Assembly (NCBI RefSeq): GCF_964194155.1
Contig: NC_135909.1
Coordinates: 9,920,001 to 9,984,000 of the forward strand
Length of the DNA stretch: 64,000 bases
From: Cetorhinus maximus
Taxonomy: Eukaryota
Direction: 5' to 3'
The notes below the pieces were generated by a model. It did no database searches, was not told the DNA's origin, and saw only the letters and a list, made by a program, of their open reading frames with translations. A program made the translations under genes and the position numbers. How positions within the stretch are numbered: position 1 is the first letter of the stretch; each line of letters begins with the position of its first letter. This document shows positions 49,965 through 62,649 of this stretch, piece after piece.

Positions 49965-50465
49965 ACATACAAACAAACTAATTAGCAGCAGGAGTAGGCC
50001 ACTCAGCCCCTCGAACCTGCTCCGCCATTCAATAAGACCCTGCCTGATCTGATTGTAACACCAACCTCACATTCCTGCCTCCCCCCAATAACCGTTCATC
50101 CACCCGCCCCCTTGTTAACCAAGAATCTATCTAACTCTGCCTTTGAAATATTCAAAGACTTTGCTTCCACCAGCTTTTGAGGAAGAGAGCTCCAAAGACG
50201 CTCGACCCTCGGATAGAAAAGAAATCCTTAACTCTGTCTGAAATGAGCGACCCTTTATTTCTAAACAGTGACCCCTAGTTCCAGATTCTGCTAGAAGAGG
50301 AAACATGCTCTCCACCTCCACCCTGTCAAGACCCTCAGGATCTTAAAGGTTTGAATCTAGTTGCCTCTTACTCTCCTGAACTCCAGGTGATACAAGCCTA
50401 AACTGTTCAACCTCACCTGAAAGACAACCGGCCCATCCCTGGTATTTGCCTCGTAAACTTTGCAC
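49965..50465 (-). mobile_element. CR1 3' end
   Basis: MFPLLAESGTRGHCLEIKGR; CR1 3' UTR. Confidence 0.85.
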
Positions 50466-50559
50466 TAAACCTGTCATCACAAAACAAGCGGATGCTGCTA
50501 ATGTCATTGGTGGGGAAATTGGATAGGATGAAAATAGATGAAGTGGAAGCTATCACAAG

Positions 50560-51420
50560 GCTGGCACCGCTCACAGTAGAAAAGCTGCTCGATCCACATC
50601 GGATACACCTTGGATTACTGAGGGAATGAAGGGTGGAAATAGCGGAAACTCGAGCCACAATCTTTCAATCCTCCTTGGATATGGGAGTGAAGCCAAACAA
50701 CTGCAGATTGTTCATGTTACATCCGTGTTTAAAATGGAGAGGGATAAACCCAGTAACTACAGAGCAGTTAGTCTCATGCTGGTGGTGGGGAAACGTTTAA
50801 AGACAATAATCCAGAACAAAATTAATTGTCACTCGGTAGAACATGAGTTGATAAAGGATAACCAGCACAGATTGGTTAACAGAAAACCAGCACTGAAATA
50901 CTTAATAAAGCTCTTTGGTGACGTGTCAGAGAAGATTGCCCAGGGAAGCGAGGATGATGATGTGTGTCTGGACTTCCAAAGGGATTAAAAGAGTCCCACA
51001 TAATGAACCTGTTGGTAAAATTCAAGCAGCTGGGATTAAAGGGGCAGCGACAGCATGGATACAAATTTGAATAAGGGACAAAAAGGGTAAAGTAGTGGCG
51101 AGCTCTGAAGAAGAGTCATACGGACTCAAACGTTAACTCTGTTTCTCTCTACACAGATGCTGCCAGGGCTGCTGAGTTTTTACAGCATTTTCTGTTTTAT
51201 TGTAAATTTTAATAACTTCCAGCCTATATTCAAGTTTGCTGATAACACTAGGTTAGGTGACATGGTTAGTAGCGTATATGGGAGCAGCAAGTTTCAAAGT
51301 GTCATTGACAGATTCAGTGAGTGAATAAAACTGTGGCCGGTGGTGGTCAACATTGGGAAGAGTGAGGTCATCTACCTTGAACAAAAAGAAGATCCAGGAA
51401 TTTCCTAAACAGTGAGAAAC
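50560..51420 (+). mobile_element. Old CR1 RT fragment interrupted by a Penelope terminal piece (51100-51200)
   Basis: NYRAVSL, CLDFQR, KFADNTRLG; insert CTGAAGAAGAGTCATACGGACTCAAACGTTAAC. Confidence 0.75.
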
Positions 51421-52105
51421 TTGGGACTATGCCGGAGGAGCCGAGAGTGAGAGCTGAGTGAGACCGGAGGGTGGAGAAAGAAGAGCAGCAGAGCTGCTCG
51501 GGAGCAGCCGCGAGGGAGAGAGATGGAGAAAAGAGTGAGAGTGGCGAGAGATAAAGGGCTGAGAGGAAGGGGCTGTAGCAAACCGGCCAAGTTCAAAATA
51601 TTCAATGCTTTAACTCACAGGAAAGGAGGTAACTGGTTAGTTTGTGCCGATTTCTCTGTTTTTCTCTTTCTAAATTAGGACATTGATTGAAACTAGGAGA
51701 TGAGAATTATTTTTAAAAATCAATCAGGGTAAGTATAACAGTAAGTGCGAGTGTAATAACTGGAGTCAATGGGAATCATGGGGAAAACTCTCTGCTGCTT
51801 GGAGTCATACCTACGACAGAGGAAGATGTTTGTGGTTGCTGGAGGTCAATCATCTCAGCTCCAGGACATCATTGCAGGAGTTCCTCAGGGGAGTGTCCTC
51901 AGGCCAACAATCTTCAGCTGCTTCATCAATGACCATCCTTCCAAAATAAGGTCAGAAACCTGATGATTGCACAAGGTTCGACACCATTCACGACTCCTCG
52001 GATACTGAAGCAGTTCATGGCCAAATTCAGAAAGACTTGGACAATAGCCAAGCTGAGGAGACAAGTGGAAGAAACATTCATGCCACACGAATTCCAGACA
52101 ATACA
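51420..52105 (+). mobile_element. CR1 5' UTR-like segment joined to an RT fragment of the second LINE family
   Basis: 51420-51760 is inverted-homologous to 6230-6545; followed by GVPQGSVLRPTIFSCFIND. Confidence 0.7.
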
Positions 52106-52117
52106 TAATATATTAAT

Positions 52118-52156
52118 TATATATATATATATATATATAAATATATTTATATACAT

Positions 52157-52193
<37 letters not shown>
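52118..52193. repeat. Compound (TA)n/(CA)n microsatellite
   Basis: Directly visible. Confidence 0.97.
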
Positions 52194-52194
52194 A

Positions 52195-53245
52195 AATGGC
52201 TTGGATGAGGGAAATTAATGTACTATGGCCAAGTTTGCGGATGACACAAAACTAGGTGGGAAGGCAAATGGTGAGGGTAATTCAAAAAGTCTAAGAAGGG
52301 GATATAGACAGGGAAATCTTGTTAGATTATTGTTTTAGAGTTCCTTCAGAATGTAAGCAGCAGGGATAATAACGGGGAGCCAGTTGTATTCCAAAAGACA
52401 TTCTATAAGGTGCCACATAAAATGTCACTACACAAGAAAAGAGTATATGTTGTTAGGGTTCATATATTAGCATGGATTGAGAACGGGCTAACTAACAGGA
52501 AAGAGAGAGTCAGGATAAATGGGTCATTTTCAGGTTGGTAAACTATAACTAGTGGACAGATACAGAGTTCAGTGTTGAGGCCTCTACCATTTATGATCGA
52601 TGTTAATAATTTGGATGATGGTACCCACTGCATGGTAGCAAAAATTGTTGATGATGCAGAAATAGGAATCAAAGCAAGTTGTAAGGTGGATACAGAGAGT
52701 TTGCATAGATATGTAGATGTTCAAGTAAGTGGGGATAAAATGGCAGATGTAGTACAATGTAGTAAAATGTCAGGTTGCCCACTTCTGCAAGAAGCATAGG
52801 AGAGAGGAATATTACTGAGATGGAGAGAGACTGCAGAATCCTGTTGTACAGAGGGATCCTTGTACAAGAATTACAAAAAATGTTTAGATGACATTGCAGA
52901 ATGCTGCAGTACAGATGGAAATGGGTGACGCTGCAAAAGAATCATTGAAAAAAAGTTAGCATGCAGGTGCATCAAATACTTAGGGGGGCATGCGGAATGT
53001 TGTTCTTAATTGCAAGGGGACTGGAATAGAAAAGCGGAGAAGCCTTGCTGCAACTGTTCAGGGCATTGGCGAGACCACACCTAGAATAATGGGTGCTGAT
53101 TTGGTCTGATTACTGAAGGATGGACATACTTGCATTGAAGACATTTCCCGAGAAAGGTGACTGGGATATTCCCTTGACTGAGGGGGTTTTCTAATGAGGA
53201 AGGGTTGATCAGGTTGGATCTAGACTCACTGGAATTTAGTATGAC
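52195..53245 (+). mobile_element. Several decayed CR1 RT fragments
   Basis: KFADDTKLGG; RVRINGSFSGW; NNLDDG...KIVDD. Confidence 0.7.
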
Positions 53246-53789
53246 TTAACAATATGGTAGTGAATGAGCATCTGGCAATGAGGGACCAAAATATGTTAGA
53301 GACAGACATTCAGTTCGAGCAGAAAGGTCACATACATGCTGGTTATCACCTCAAGTAAGGCCAATAAGGACGGAATGAGTGGTAAACTGAGCACGTTAAA
53401 TTCCAATCAGCTATTAACAGGTAAAACAAGACACGAAACAATCAGAGGCACTCAAATAATAATAATTTAGTGTAATTTGTACCTAATGCAAACCCGAAGG
53501 AATGAATTTTTTATGATAATTATGGTTACTTATTATTATGGTTAATGTTATTAATAATGGGGACGGTATTCCATAAATTAAACCAGTGATTAAGAAGGAA
53601 TGACAATTTCTGTCCAGATAATGATGAACTGTGTATTTGGTGCGATGCTGTCTCCGCTGTGCTGATAGTTTTGTCCTTCTCGGTGGTTCATGTCACAGGG
53701 AGGACGCTGCTGTTCAAATAAAGATGACGAATTACTGCAGGGTGTCCTATAGTTCGGAAAACCTGCGGCTAAGTTCCCCTCCGAGTCAC

Positions 53790-54000
53790 TCATCATCCTG
53801 ACTTGTAAATATATCGCCGTTCCTTCACTGTCGCTGGGTCAAAATCCTGGAACTTCCTTCCTAACAGCACTGTGGGTGTACCTACACCACACGGAACGCA
53901 AGATTCAAGAAATCAGCCCACCACCACCTTCTCAAGGGCAACTCGGGATGGGCAAAAAATTCCGGCCCAGCCAGCGAAGCCGACATCCCGTGAATTAACT
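53790..54000 (+). mobile_element. 3' tail of second LINE family
   Basis: CCTTCACTGTCGCTGGGTCAAAATCCTGGAAC...CTTCTCAAGGGCAA...GACATCCCGTGAAT. Confidence 0.8.
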
Positions 54001-54263
54001 TTAAAAAATATGACCTTGACGATATTGTTTCCATCCAAGAAGATGTTTTTTTTCTATTCAGGTAATCATACAGAGATAGTGAATAGGAGGTTCTTTGGGA
54101 GGGATGGGCTGAGGGAAAGGAGAAAGCATTGGCTGGGATGTGTTTGCAGCATTTACAGCTTGAATCCATTAATTTTTGCACTGGAAAGAAGAAACTGATG
54201 AAATAACAGACATGATTGTGGGCAACAGAAAATGTTCCCTTTGGGCATTAATAAGAATGTAAA

Positions 54264-54335
54264 TAGCAGAGGATGGTTTCGATCCATCGACCTCTGGGTT
54301 ATGGGACAAGCACGCTTCCGCTGCGCCACTCTGCC
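54264..54335 (-). tRNA. tRNA-iMet-CAT: Initiator tRNA-Met(CAT) variant, probably non-functional
   Basis: Sense GGCAGAGTGGCGCAGCGGAAGCGTGCTTGTCCCATAACCCAGAGGTCGATGGATCGAAACCATCCTCTGCTA; differs from the canonical sequence at A1>G, G29>T and G31>T. Confidence 0.85.
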
Positions 54336-54749
54336 GCTTTGTTTTTAATGTCAACTGTTCCATTATGGTGTTAAAGTGTTTCACATGTTTAGAATTTATT
54401 TCCTGCTGTGGAATTGTGCTCTCTGTTGTTGAGAAATGTTCTTTGTTGTTGTATAAAATGCTTCCCTGCAGTACAAACGTGTTCCCGGTTGTATAAATAT
54501 GATGGCCGAGCCAGCGAATCTCATATCCATTGAATTTTAAAAAAAGTTCCGCTCTGTTGCACTTCTCAGCTCTGGCCAGTAGATGTCAGCACACTCAGAG
54601 AGCGACAGAGCAGACAAGAACCGTTCACATTTTATTGGACGGCGAAGGGAGGTTTTGGAATTACTAACGGTGGAGATGACATTTCATAATATTTTGATTT
54701 ACCAAGCAGAAGTTATAATGTTGTGCTGAAACCGTCAGACCGCTGTTTT

Positions 54750-56165
54750 GTATTTGAGAGTGAGATACATTCTTCACTGCCCTTTTCTGGCCCATTTTGT
54801 GAACGTGGAATTCAATATCTATGTCACTCACTGGTACTGTGTGAAACTGAGAGACATTCTGAAGCTGTCAGTCTTGGTTACTGTATGTGAGTGTGGAGAC
54901 ATTGTCATTGGAACTACCAATATGTTTGGATTCATTCTGTAACAGTCACTCTCTTGGACAGTATATTTGTGTTATATTCCATTCCTATCTGTATCAGTAT
55001 TTTCTGATACTGAGAGAGGTGGGTTACATTCTGAAACTGTCAGTGGAACTGTATGTGGAAGGGTTTTGCTCTATCAGTCAGCATCTGGTGCTGAAAGTTA
55101 GTGTTGGAGTAATTCTGTGTCTCTCATTCTCTGGTACAATATACCTGTGTCATAGTCAGACTGCATATTGCATTTTCTGAGTATTGTATGAGTGTCTGGA
55201 CACTTTTTGAGCCTGCCAGTAGAACTGCAGGTGTGCAAGTGTTTTGTTCTCAGTCACTTTCTGGTAATGCAAATGCGTTTGGGACTCATTCTGAATCTCT
55301 TAAAGGTGTGTGTGTGTTTGACTCTATCAATCAGTACTTCTGTATGTGAACGTGGAAATTATTCTGAATCTGAAGTCTTTGGTGCCCTTTTTTTATTAAT
55401 TCGTGGGATGTTGGGTTCGCTGGCTAGGCCAGCAGTTATTGTCCATCCTTAGTTGCCCTTGAGAAGGTGGTGGTGAGCTACCTTCTTGAACCACTGCAGT
55501 GCATGTGGTGTAGGTACATCCTCAGTAGTATTCAGAAGGGAGTTCCAGGATTTTGACCCAGTGACAGTGAAGGAACAGCGATATATTTCCAAGTTAGGAC
55601 TTTGAGTGTAGTATCCACTCTGTATCTGTTACATACATGTCAGACTCTCGTAACGTCTGAGCGTAAGATTCAATACAGATCTGTGAATAACACTCTGCAT
55701 CTGTGATATTGTAAAGTAAGTGAGGGAAACATATGTTTCTTTCATCACTTGGTTCCGTTAGTGAGCATGAGATTCATTCTGTATCACGTCTGTCAAACTT
55801 TGGTATTATAAACAATTGTGTGGTTCAATTGGTGTTTTTCAATCATTGGTAGTGTATGTGAAAGTAGAATTTACGGTGTGTGTGTTAGTGTGTGGTCTTC
55901 CATTTGTATCCGTCAGCATCTGTTACTCTATGTGATGCTTGGACTCTTTCTAAATCTCTCAGTGGTACAATTGGTGTGTTATATTTCTTTAGTATCACTC
56001 AGATTCAGCTATTGTGAGTGAGTGCAGTGAACAGCCTGTATCTTTCAGCATCTGGCACTGAAAATGTGCCTGAGAATTATTCTCTGCTTCTGTGTGAGTG
56101 TGGGATTCATTATATAACTTTCAGTCTCTGGGACTAATTATAAGTTTGGATTCATTCCACATACA
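54750..56165 (-). repeat. Highly degenerate block of the ~44-bp satellite in reverse orientation, with a LINE tail insert at 55400-55600
   Basis: GTCAGTCTTGGTTACTGTATGTGAGTGTGG and TGTGAGTGTGGGATTCATT are reverse complements of the 395-1670 unit. Confidence 0.7.
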
Positions 56166-57229
56166 TTTCCAGCAGAAAAAAAGGCCACTGATATGGTAGG
56201 TTTAAAGCAAACAATGTGTGTCAGCTTTGGCTGAGTATTAAATCTTTGTCACTGTGAACACAATTGTGAAAGATAATGTATCCTTCAATCTGATCCTGGA
56301 GTGGTCCGCCAGTGTAACTCCAGCTTGTACGAAACGATTCGATATGTGGCAATTGTGTCTGATTCTGAGTCAGAATTTCCACACAAATGCAAAATGGAGC
56401 TCAGTCCTGAATTGGTAAAGTATCTTTAATTTGACACTGTGTGAGGATTGAGAATTCGCATGTAGTTTATAGCGCAATCCATACTCATCAAATTAATATT
56501 GTATCTCAGTTTCATAATCAGGGTGAGTTTTAAATAGAATCTGAGTTTGGATCTCAGGTTATACTTACTTTCAGAATATCTCAAACTGATAATGCACTTG
56601 AGGTTTGGATTTGCATCGAACGTATGTGTCAGGACAACCTGTGGGAATTAATACTGCAATTTATAAACTAATGATGTGTGCAAATATTGGACCGGTGCTT
56701 AACATGAATCTCAGTGTACATTATTAAGGTTAAGCCTGTAAGCTTGAAACTGGAAACATGCATCAGTTTTATTGGACATTTAGTTTGTAGCTGAGGATGT
56801 AATATTATGGGATTGGCCTGGTGCAAACTGGATCGTGGGTGAGAATGTGGACTACCCGTCTATGGTACTGAGTCGAGGTAACATGGGAACAACGTCTATC
56901 TCTCCTGCACTGTTTGATTGATGGATGGAAACTGTGACTCTGGAACTATTTCTGCTGTCTGAGACTGTGAAATTGATGTCCTGTCTGTGTCTCTGCGCTC
57001 TGTCAGTGATAATGTACGGACTGTGTGGGAGGAGCTGGCGGGAATCTTCATTCTAGCTTGGCTGGAGGAAACATCACATTTATTCTGGTTCCGTCAATTA
57101 TTTGCCTGTTGGAAAAAAGTCTATTTTAGGACTCAAGTACAGGTGAGGTGGAAGATACAGATTCCATCAGTTTGACCTCCATAAATAATCATTGTGAATG
57201 TTTTGAGAAACTTTAGTCAGGCTCAAGCT

Positions 57230-58145
57230 CTGATTGGTCAGTCCATTCTTAATCCAAATCTTCTACCAATCGGAGAGCCAGGTAACAGGAATTGGAAGTG
57301 CCGATTGGTTTATATTTTATTGGCTGATAAACTCTAAAAACCCGCCAATTTGAGGGGGGAAAAGATAATAGCCGAACGCCTTAATTTCCAGTCAATTTTA
57401 ATCTCACACTTTCGGAGCTGTAATATTGCATTTTGCGTCACAGAATCCTGGCGGTATTTTAGGAACAGATTAAATTTGTCAATCTCTTATCTGTAACCGG
57501 CGGTAACAAAGCAGCGATTTAAAACAGAGCCAATCTCAGCTCACTGGAAACGCAATAACATAGGTTACCAACCGACTCCTTCACACAGGCTTCATCGGGA
57601 CAGAGAGAAACGGCTGATTTCTGATCCTGTCCCCTGAAAGCGGCCGGGCATGTTACAATCGGAAGAGCGGAGCGCTCCAGCAGCCACACGCTCAGCATAG
57701 CTGCTCTTTCTCAGGAGCCTGTGAACTCGGCCCGCGGGGAGCTGCAGTCCAGCCCGGGAGGAGCGAGACTTGACTTTGGCTTTGTCCTGGGCTCTACAGC
57801 CGGTCTTTCTACAATCTTACACACACTGACACCACGAATGAAGAATTCCTCCCGCACTCACCCTTCCCCGATCTTCTGGGGAATGCAGTCGGCCACTTCT
57901 GAATGGTCAATGTGTTCGGAATCTCATTGGGTGGCTTTTGTAACCAATCAGAGAGCAGCCTATTTCACCAGCTTTCAAATACCAATGAGAAAATGGGCCG
58001 GAGATTGACTGAACTAAACTGGCAGAGCTGAAACGGGTTTTCAAATTGAAAACAAGAGCCAATGTATTTATGAATGGCTGAAAAAAGAGACATGTCAAAG
58101 CTTTTCCTTCTGCACGCAACAGGACGCTCGCAAGAAAACCAATAT
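57230..58145. promoter_or_regulatory. CCAAT-box-rich, CpG-enriched promoter-like region
   Basis: About 12 CCAAT/ATTGG pentamers, mostly in two groups flanking a GC-rich core at 57630-57770. Confidence 0.45.
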
Positions 58146-58850
58146 AAGGAGAAGATAACAATTTATACTGATAGAGTATATATTTAGGGTGGAAAGTGAC
58201 GGTCTTAGGCCCGGTCATGAGCTTGTGTGATACACAGCGCCAAATGATCTGAGCAGGGTAGCCATTACCCTGCAGGATGCCTTTGATGAGCCCAGTTTCA
58301 GCATCAAGCTTGCACGGTGAGCAAATGGCTCGGGCCCTGTTTACAAGGTTGCCGATAAGACCAATCTTACAGAGCGTGGGACTGTAAGAATCCCAACGCG
58401 TATATTGACCAGTGAAGGTCGGCTTGCGGTAAACCTGCTAGAGAATCCTCTGGAAGATTTCTCAACTAGTGTGTCAAGGGAGGGGAGTTATTTTGACTGC
58501 TCCATTTCATAGGTGAATTTGAGCGCAGGATGGAGCCCATAAAGACATGTAAGGAAATTGTTACATGCAGCTGCGGATTTAAATATAGCAAACGTATCAT
58601 CCACATATCGGAAATATACGAGAGGGAGGAGGTGAGGCATCTTTACATCCAAGACTCGAGTTTTACGATCGAAAAACGTGCGTGATGAAAACGTTAGAAT
58701 TATTTTATTTCGTTAGTCATTGATTTTCTTGTTGGAAATCTCCCCAAACTTTCTATTGCTCTTTTTCTCATTTTGGAAACCACAGAGATTAACTCCACGC
58801 GTCCGGAATTGTGGTCTGACCACGGGTAAGGCTAAAAAATACGCCGCTGC

Positions 58851-58922
58851 TGCGATGGCCGGGAATCGAACCCGGGTCAACTGCTTGGAAGGCAGCTATG
58901 TTCACCACTATACCACCATCGC
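58851..58922 (-). tRNA. tRNA-Gly-TCC: tRNA-Gly(TCC)
   Basis: Sense GCGATGGTGGTATAGTGGTGAACATAGCTGCCTTCCAAGCAGTTGACCCGGGTTCGATTCCCGGCCATCGCA; T6 terminator ~11 nt downstream. Confidence 0.95.
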
Positions 58923-59004
58923 ACATTTCTGCAAATTACAGTCAGCATTTATAGCACCGCGAAACACACTATATCTTTGGCATTTTGTGTCTGATTGATA
59001 GACT

Positions 59005-61812
59005 GTTTTGCAATAACTCTCACCATGTTCATCGACACCAACACCCATCTAGGACCCTCCACCCCTGCCTGTCCCTCCGTCCCCACCCCATCTTCCAATC
59101 CCAGCCCCGGCCGTGTATTCACTATACCCCCTGACCTTCCCCTCTCCGACGCTGAACGTTCAGTGCTCAGCCAAGGACTTAGTTTCATACCCTTACGCCC
59201 TCACCTCAATGAATGTTGGGCTTGGCACGATGCTGAACTCTTCTTCCGCCGTCTTCGTTTCCGTGCTCACTTCTTTGAGTAGGAGTCCTCCCCCCGTTCA
59301 ACGAATCCTTTCACCCACCTGCAGGATTCTCCCTCCACCTGGACCCCTCCCTCTGGATTCTTACCTTCTCTTGATCTTTTCATTGAGAACTGTCGGCGTG
59401 ATATTAGTCCTCTCAATTTCTCTGCTCCTCTCACCAATTCTAACCTGTCTCTCTGAACTTACTGCACTCCATTCTCTCAGGTCCAACCCCAACATTGTCA
59501 TCAAACCCGCTGACAAGGGTGGTGCTGTTGTTGTCTGGCGCACTGACCTCTACCTCGCGGAAGCTGAGCGTCAACTCACAGACACTTCCTCCTACCTCTA
59601 CCTGGACCATGACCCGACCACTGAACATCAAGCCATTGTTTCCAGGACTGTCACTGACCTCATCTCCTCTGGATATCTTCGTCCCACAGCTTCCAACCTG
59701 ATAGTCGCCAAACCTCGGACAGCCCGCTTCTACCTCCTACCCAAAATCCACAAACAGAACTGTCCTGGCAGACCGATCATGTCAGCCTGTTCCTGCCCCA
59801 CGGAACTCATTTCTCGCTATCTTGACTCCCTTCTCTCTCCCCTTGTCCAGTCCCTTCCCACCTACATCCGTGATTCCTCTGACACCTTACGTCACATCAT
59901 CAATTTCAAGTTCCCTGGCCCCAACCGCTTCCTCTTCACCATGGATGTCCAATCCCTCTACACCTCCATCCCCCACCAGGATGGTCTGAGGGCCCTTAGC
60001 TTCTTCCTTGAACAGAGGCCCGAACAATCCCCATCCATCACTACTCTCCTCCATCTGGCTGAACTTGTTCTCACACTGAACAATTTCTCCTTTAACTCCT
60101 CTCACTTCCTCCAAATAAAAGGTGTGGCTATGGGTACCCGCATGGGCCCCAGCTATGCCTGTCTCTTTATGGGGTATGTGGAACATTCCTTGTTCCAGTG
60201 CTACTCCGGCCCCCTCCCACAACTCTTTCTCCAGTACATCGCTGATTACTTCGGTGCTGCTTCATGATCTCGTTGGGACCTTGAAAAATTTATTAATTTT
60301 GCTTCCAATCTCCACCCCTCCATCATTTTCACGTGGTCCATCTCTGATACTTCCCTTCCCTTCCTTGACCTCTCTGTCTCAATTTCTGTTGATAGACTGT
60401 CCACCAATATCCATTACAAGCCTACCGACTCCCACAGCTATCTCAACTACAGCTCCCCACACCCCGCTTCCTGTAAGGACTCCATCCCATTCTCTCAGTT
60501 CCTTCGCCTCCGTCGCATCTGTTCTGATGATGCTACCTTCAAAAACAGTTCCTCTGACATGTCCTCCTTCTTCCTTAACCGAGGTTTTCCACCCACGGTC
60601 GTTGACAGGGCCCTCAAACATGTCCGGCCCATCTCCCACGCATCCGCCCTCATGCCTTCTCCTCCCTCCCAAAAACATGATAGTGTCCCCCTTGTCCTCA
60701 CTTATCACACCACCAGCTTCCGCATTCAAAGGATCATTCTCCGCCATTTCCGCCAACTCCATCATGATGCCACCACCAAACACATCTTCCCTTCACCCCC
60801 CCTGGCGGCATTCCGTAGGGATCGTTCCCTCCGGGACACCCTGGTCCACTCCTCCATCACCCCCTACTCCTCAACCCCCACCTACGGCACCTCCCCATGC
60901 CCACGCAGAAGTTGCAACACCTGCCCCTTCACTTCCTCTCTCCTCACCGTCCAATGGCCCAAACACTCCTTTCAAGTGAAGCAGCATTTCACTTGCATTT
61001 CCCCTAACTTAGTCTACTGCATTCGTTGCTCCCATTGCGGTCTCCTCTACATTGGAGAGACCAAACGTAAACTGGGCGACCGCTTTGCAGAACTCCTGCG
61101 GTCTGTCCGCAAGAAAGACCCAAACCTCCCTGTCGCTTGCCATTTTAACACTCCACCCTGCTCACTTGCCCACATGTCTGTCCTTGGCTTGCTACATTGT
61201 TCCAGTGAAGCCCAACGCAAACTGAAGGAACAGCACCTCATCTTCCGACTAGGCACTTTACAGCCTTCCAGACGGAATATTGAATTCAACAACTTTAGAT
61301 CTTGAACTCCCTCCCCCATCCGCACTCCCTTTCCGTTTCTTACCGCTCCCTTTTGTTTTTTCCATATATAGATTTTTCTTTTCCCACTTATTTCCATTAT
61401 TTTTAAATATATACTTGTAATGCCCTGTCAGTGTTTCCACCCCACCCCCACTAGAGCTGTACCTTGAGTGTCCTGCCATCCATTCTTAATTAGCACATTC
61501 TCTCAGATAATATCACCACCTTTAACATGTCTTTGTTCCTTTGTCTGTGACATCTTTTGATTATCTGCTCCTATCACTGCTTGCGTGTCCCTACTACCAC
61601 TCCCCGCCCAACTTCTCTCCCCCCCGCACCCACCTTAAACCAGCTTATATTTCACCCCTCCCCTAACTTTACTCAGTTCTGCTGAAGGGTCATGAGGACC
61701 CGAAACGTCAACTCTTTTTTTCTCCGCCGATGCTGCCAGACCTGCTGAGTTTTTCCAGGTAATTCTGTATTTGTTTTGGATTTCCAGCATCCGCAGTAGT
61801 TTTTTGTTTTTA
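59005..61812 (+). mobile_element. Near-complete Penelope-like retroelement (RT + GIY-YIG endonuclease + terminal repeat), inactive
   Basis: LSQGLSF, IKPADKGGAVVV, FYLLPKIHK, GRPI, TMDVQSLYT, GVAMG, YIAD (YIDD mutated), VYCIRC...YIGETKR; stop near 59280, frameshift near 59450, TGA at 60265. Confidence 0.95.
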
Positions 61813-62649
61813 TTCAGAATAATTTCCCGGCCCCGCTCTCTGGAATTAGGTCTGGCAGTATCTCTCGCGAAGAATCAAACATTAACTCTGTCCCTCTCTC
61901 CACTGATGCTGCCAGACCTGGAACAGGGCGAACGTTTCGATTCCAATGTGACTTCTTCGCCAGTTCCGGGAGGCTCTGTTTCACTCGCCGCAGATGCTGC
62001 CGGAGCTGCCGAGTTATTTTCAACAGCTTCTTTGTTTTTATTTCAGAATGTCAACAAAGCCAGGCCATTCAGGAGAGACTTTAAAAATATTGTTTCACGC
62101 AAAGATAGAGGTGTGAAACTGTCTTCCCTAATAAGCAGTAAATGCTGCCTCAATGAATAATTCCAAATCCGTGAGTAATAGTTTTTTGCGAGGCAACAGT
62201 ATAATAGGATATGGAATCAAGGCAGTTGGATGGAGCTAAGGCACAGATCAGCCATTGTCTAACTGAGTGTTGGAACAGGAAGGAGGGACTGAATGACCTT
62301 CTCCTGTCCCTCCACAGAGACCCGGAACTCTGGGCTCAGACAATCTCTTCAGGATCTGTCTCCATGGATTCTCGTCATTCTAGACTCGGGCACTCGCGTC
62401 AGGATCACACTTCACAAATAATCACTGACATGATCGGAATCTCCCGCTTTTATTGCTATATTTTCAGCTGCAGTACTTTTAAAACTCCTGTTTTATAATT
62501 AGAGTGAATTTTACTGTTTTTATAAAATGAACAACATTGAACTTGCGCCTAACACAGGGATCCAGGCAGGGATGGAAAGTCCAACTTAGAGTGAGTGAAG
62601 AAGAGTCTCTGAGGTTGAAAAGTGCACCGATGTCTTCAACATCTCAGGA

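Noticed and set aside
60122-60979. 285-aa Pro/Ser/Thr-rich ORF (also 42202-42990)
   Set aside because: Alternative frame of the C-rich Penelope coding strand; low complexity, so an overlapping gene is not supported
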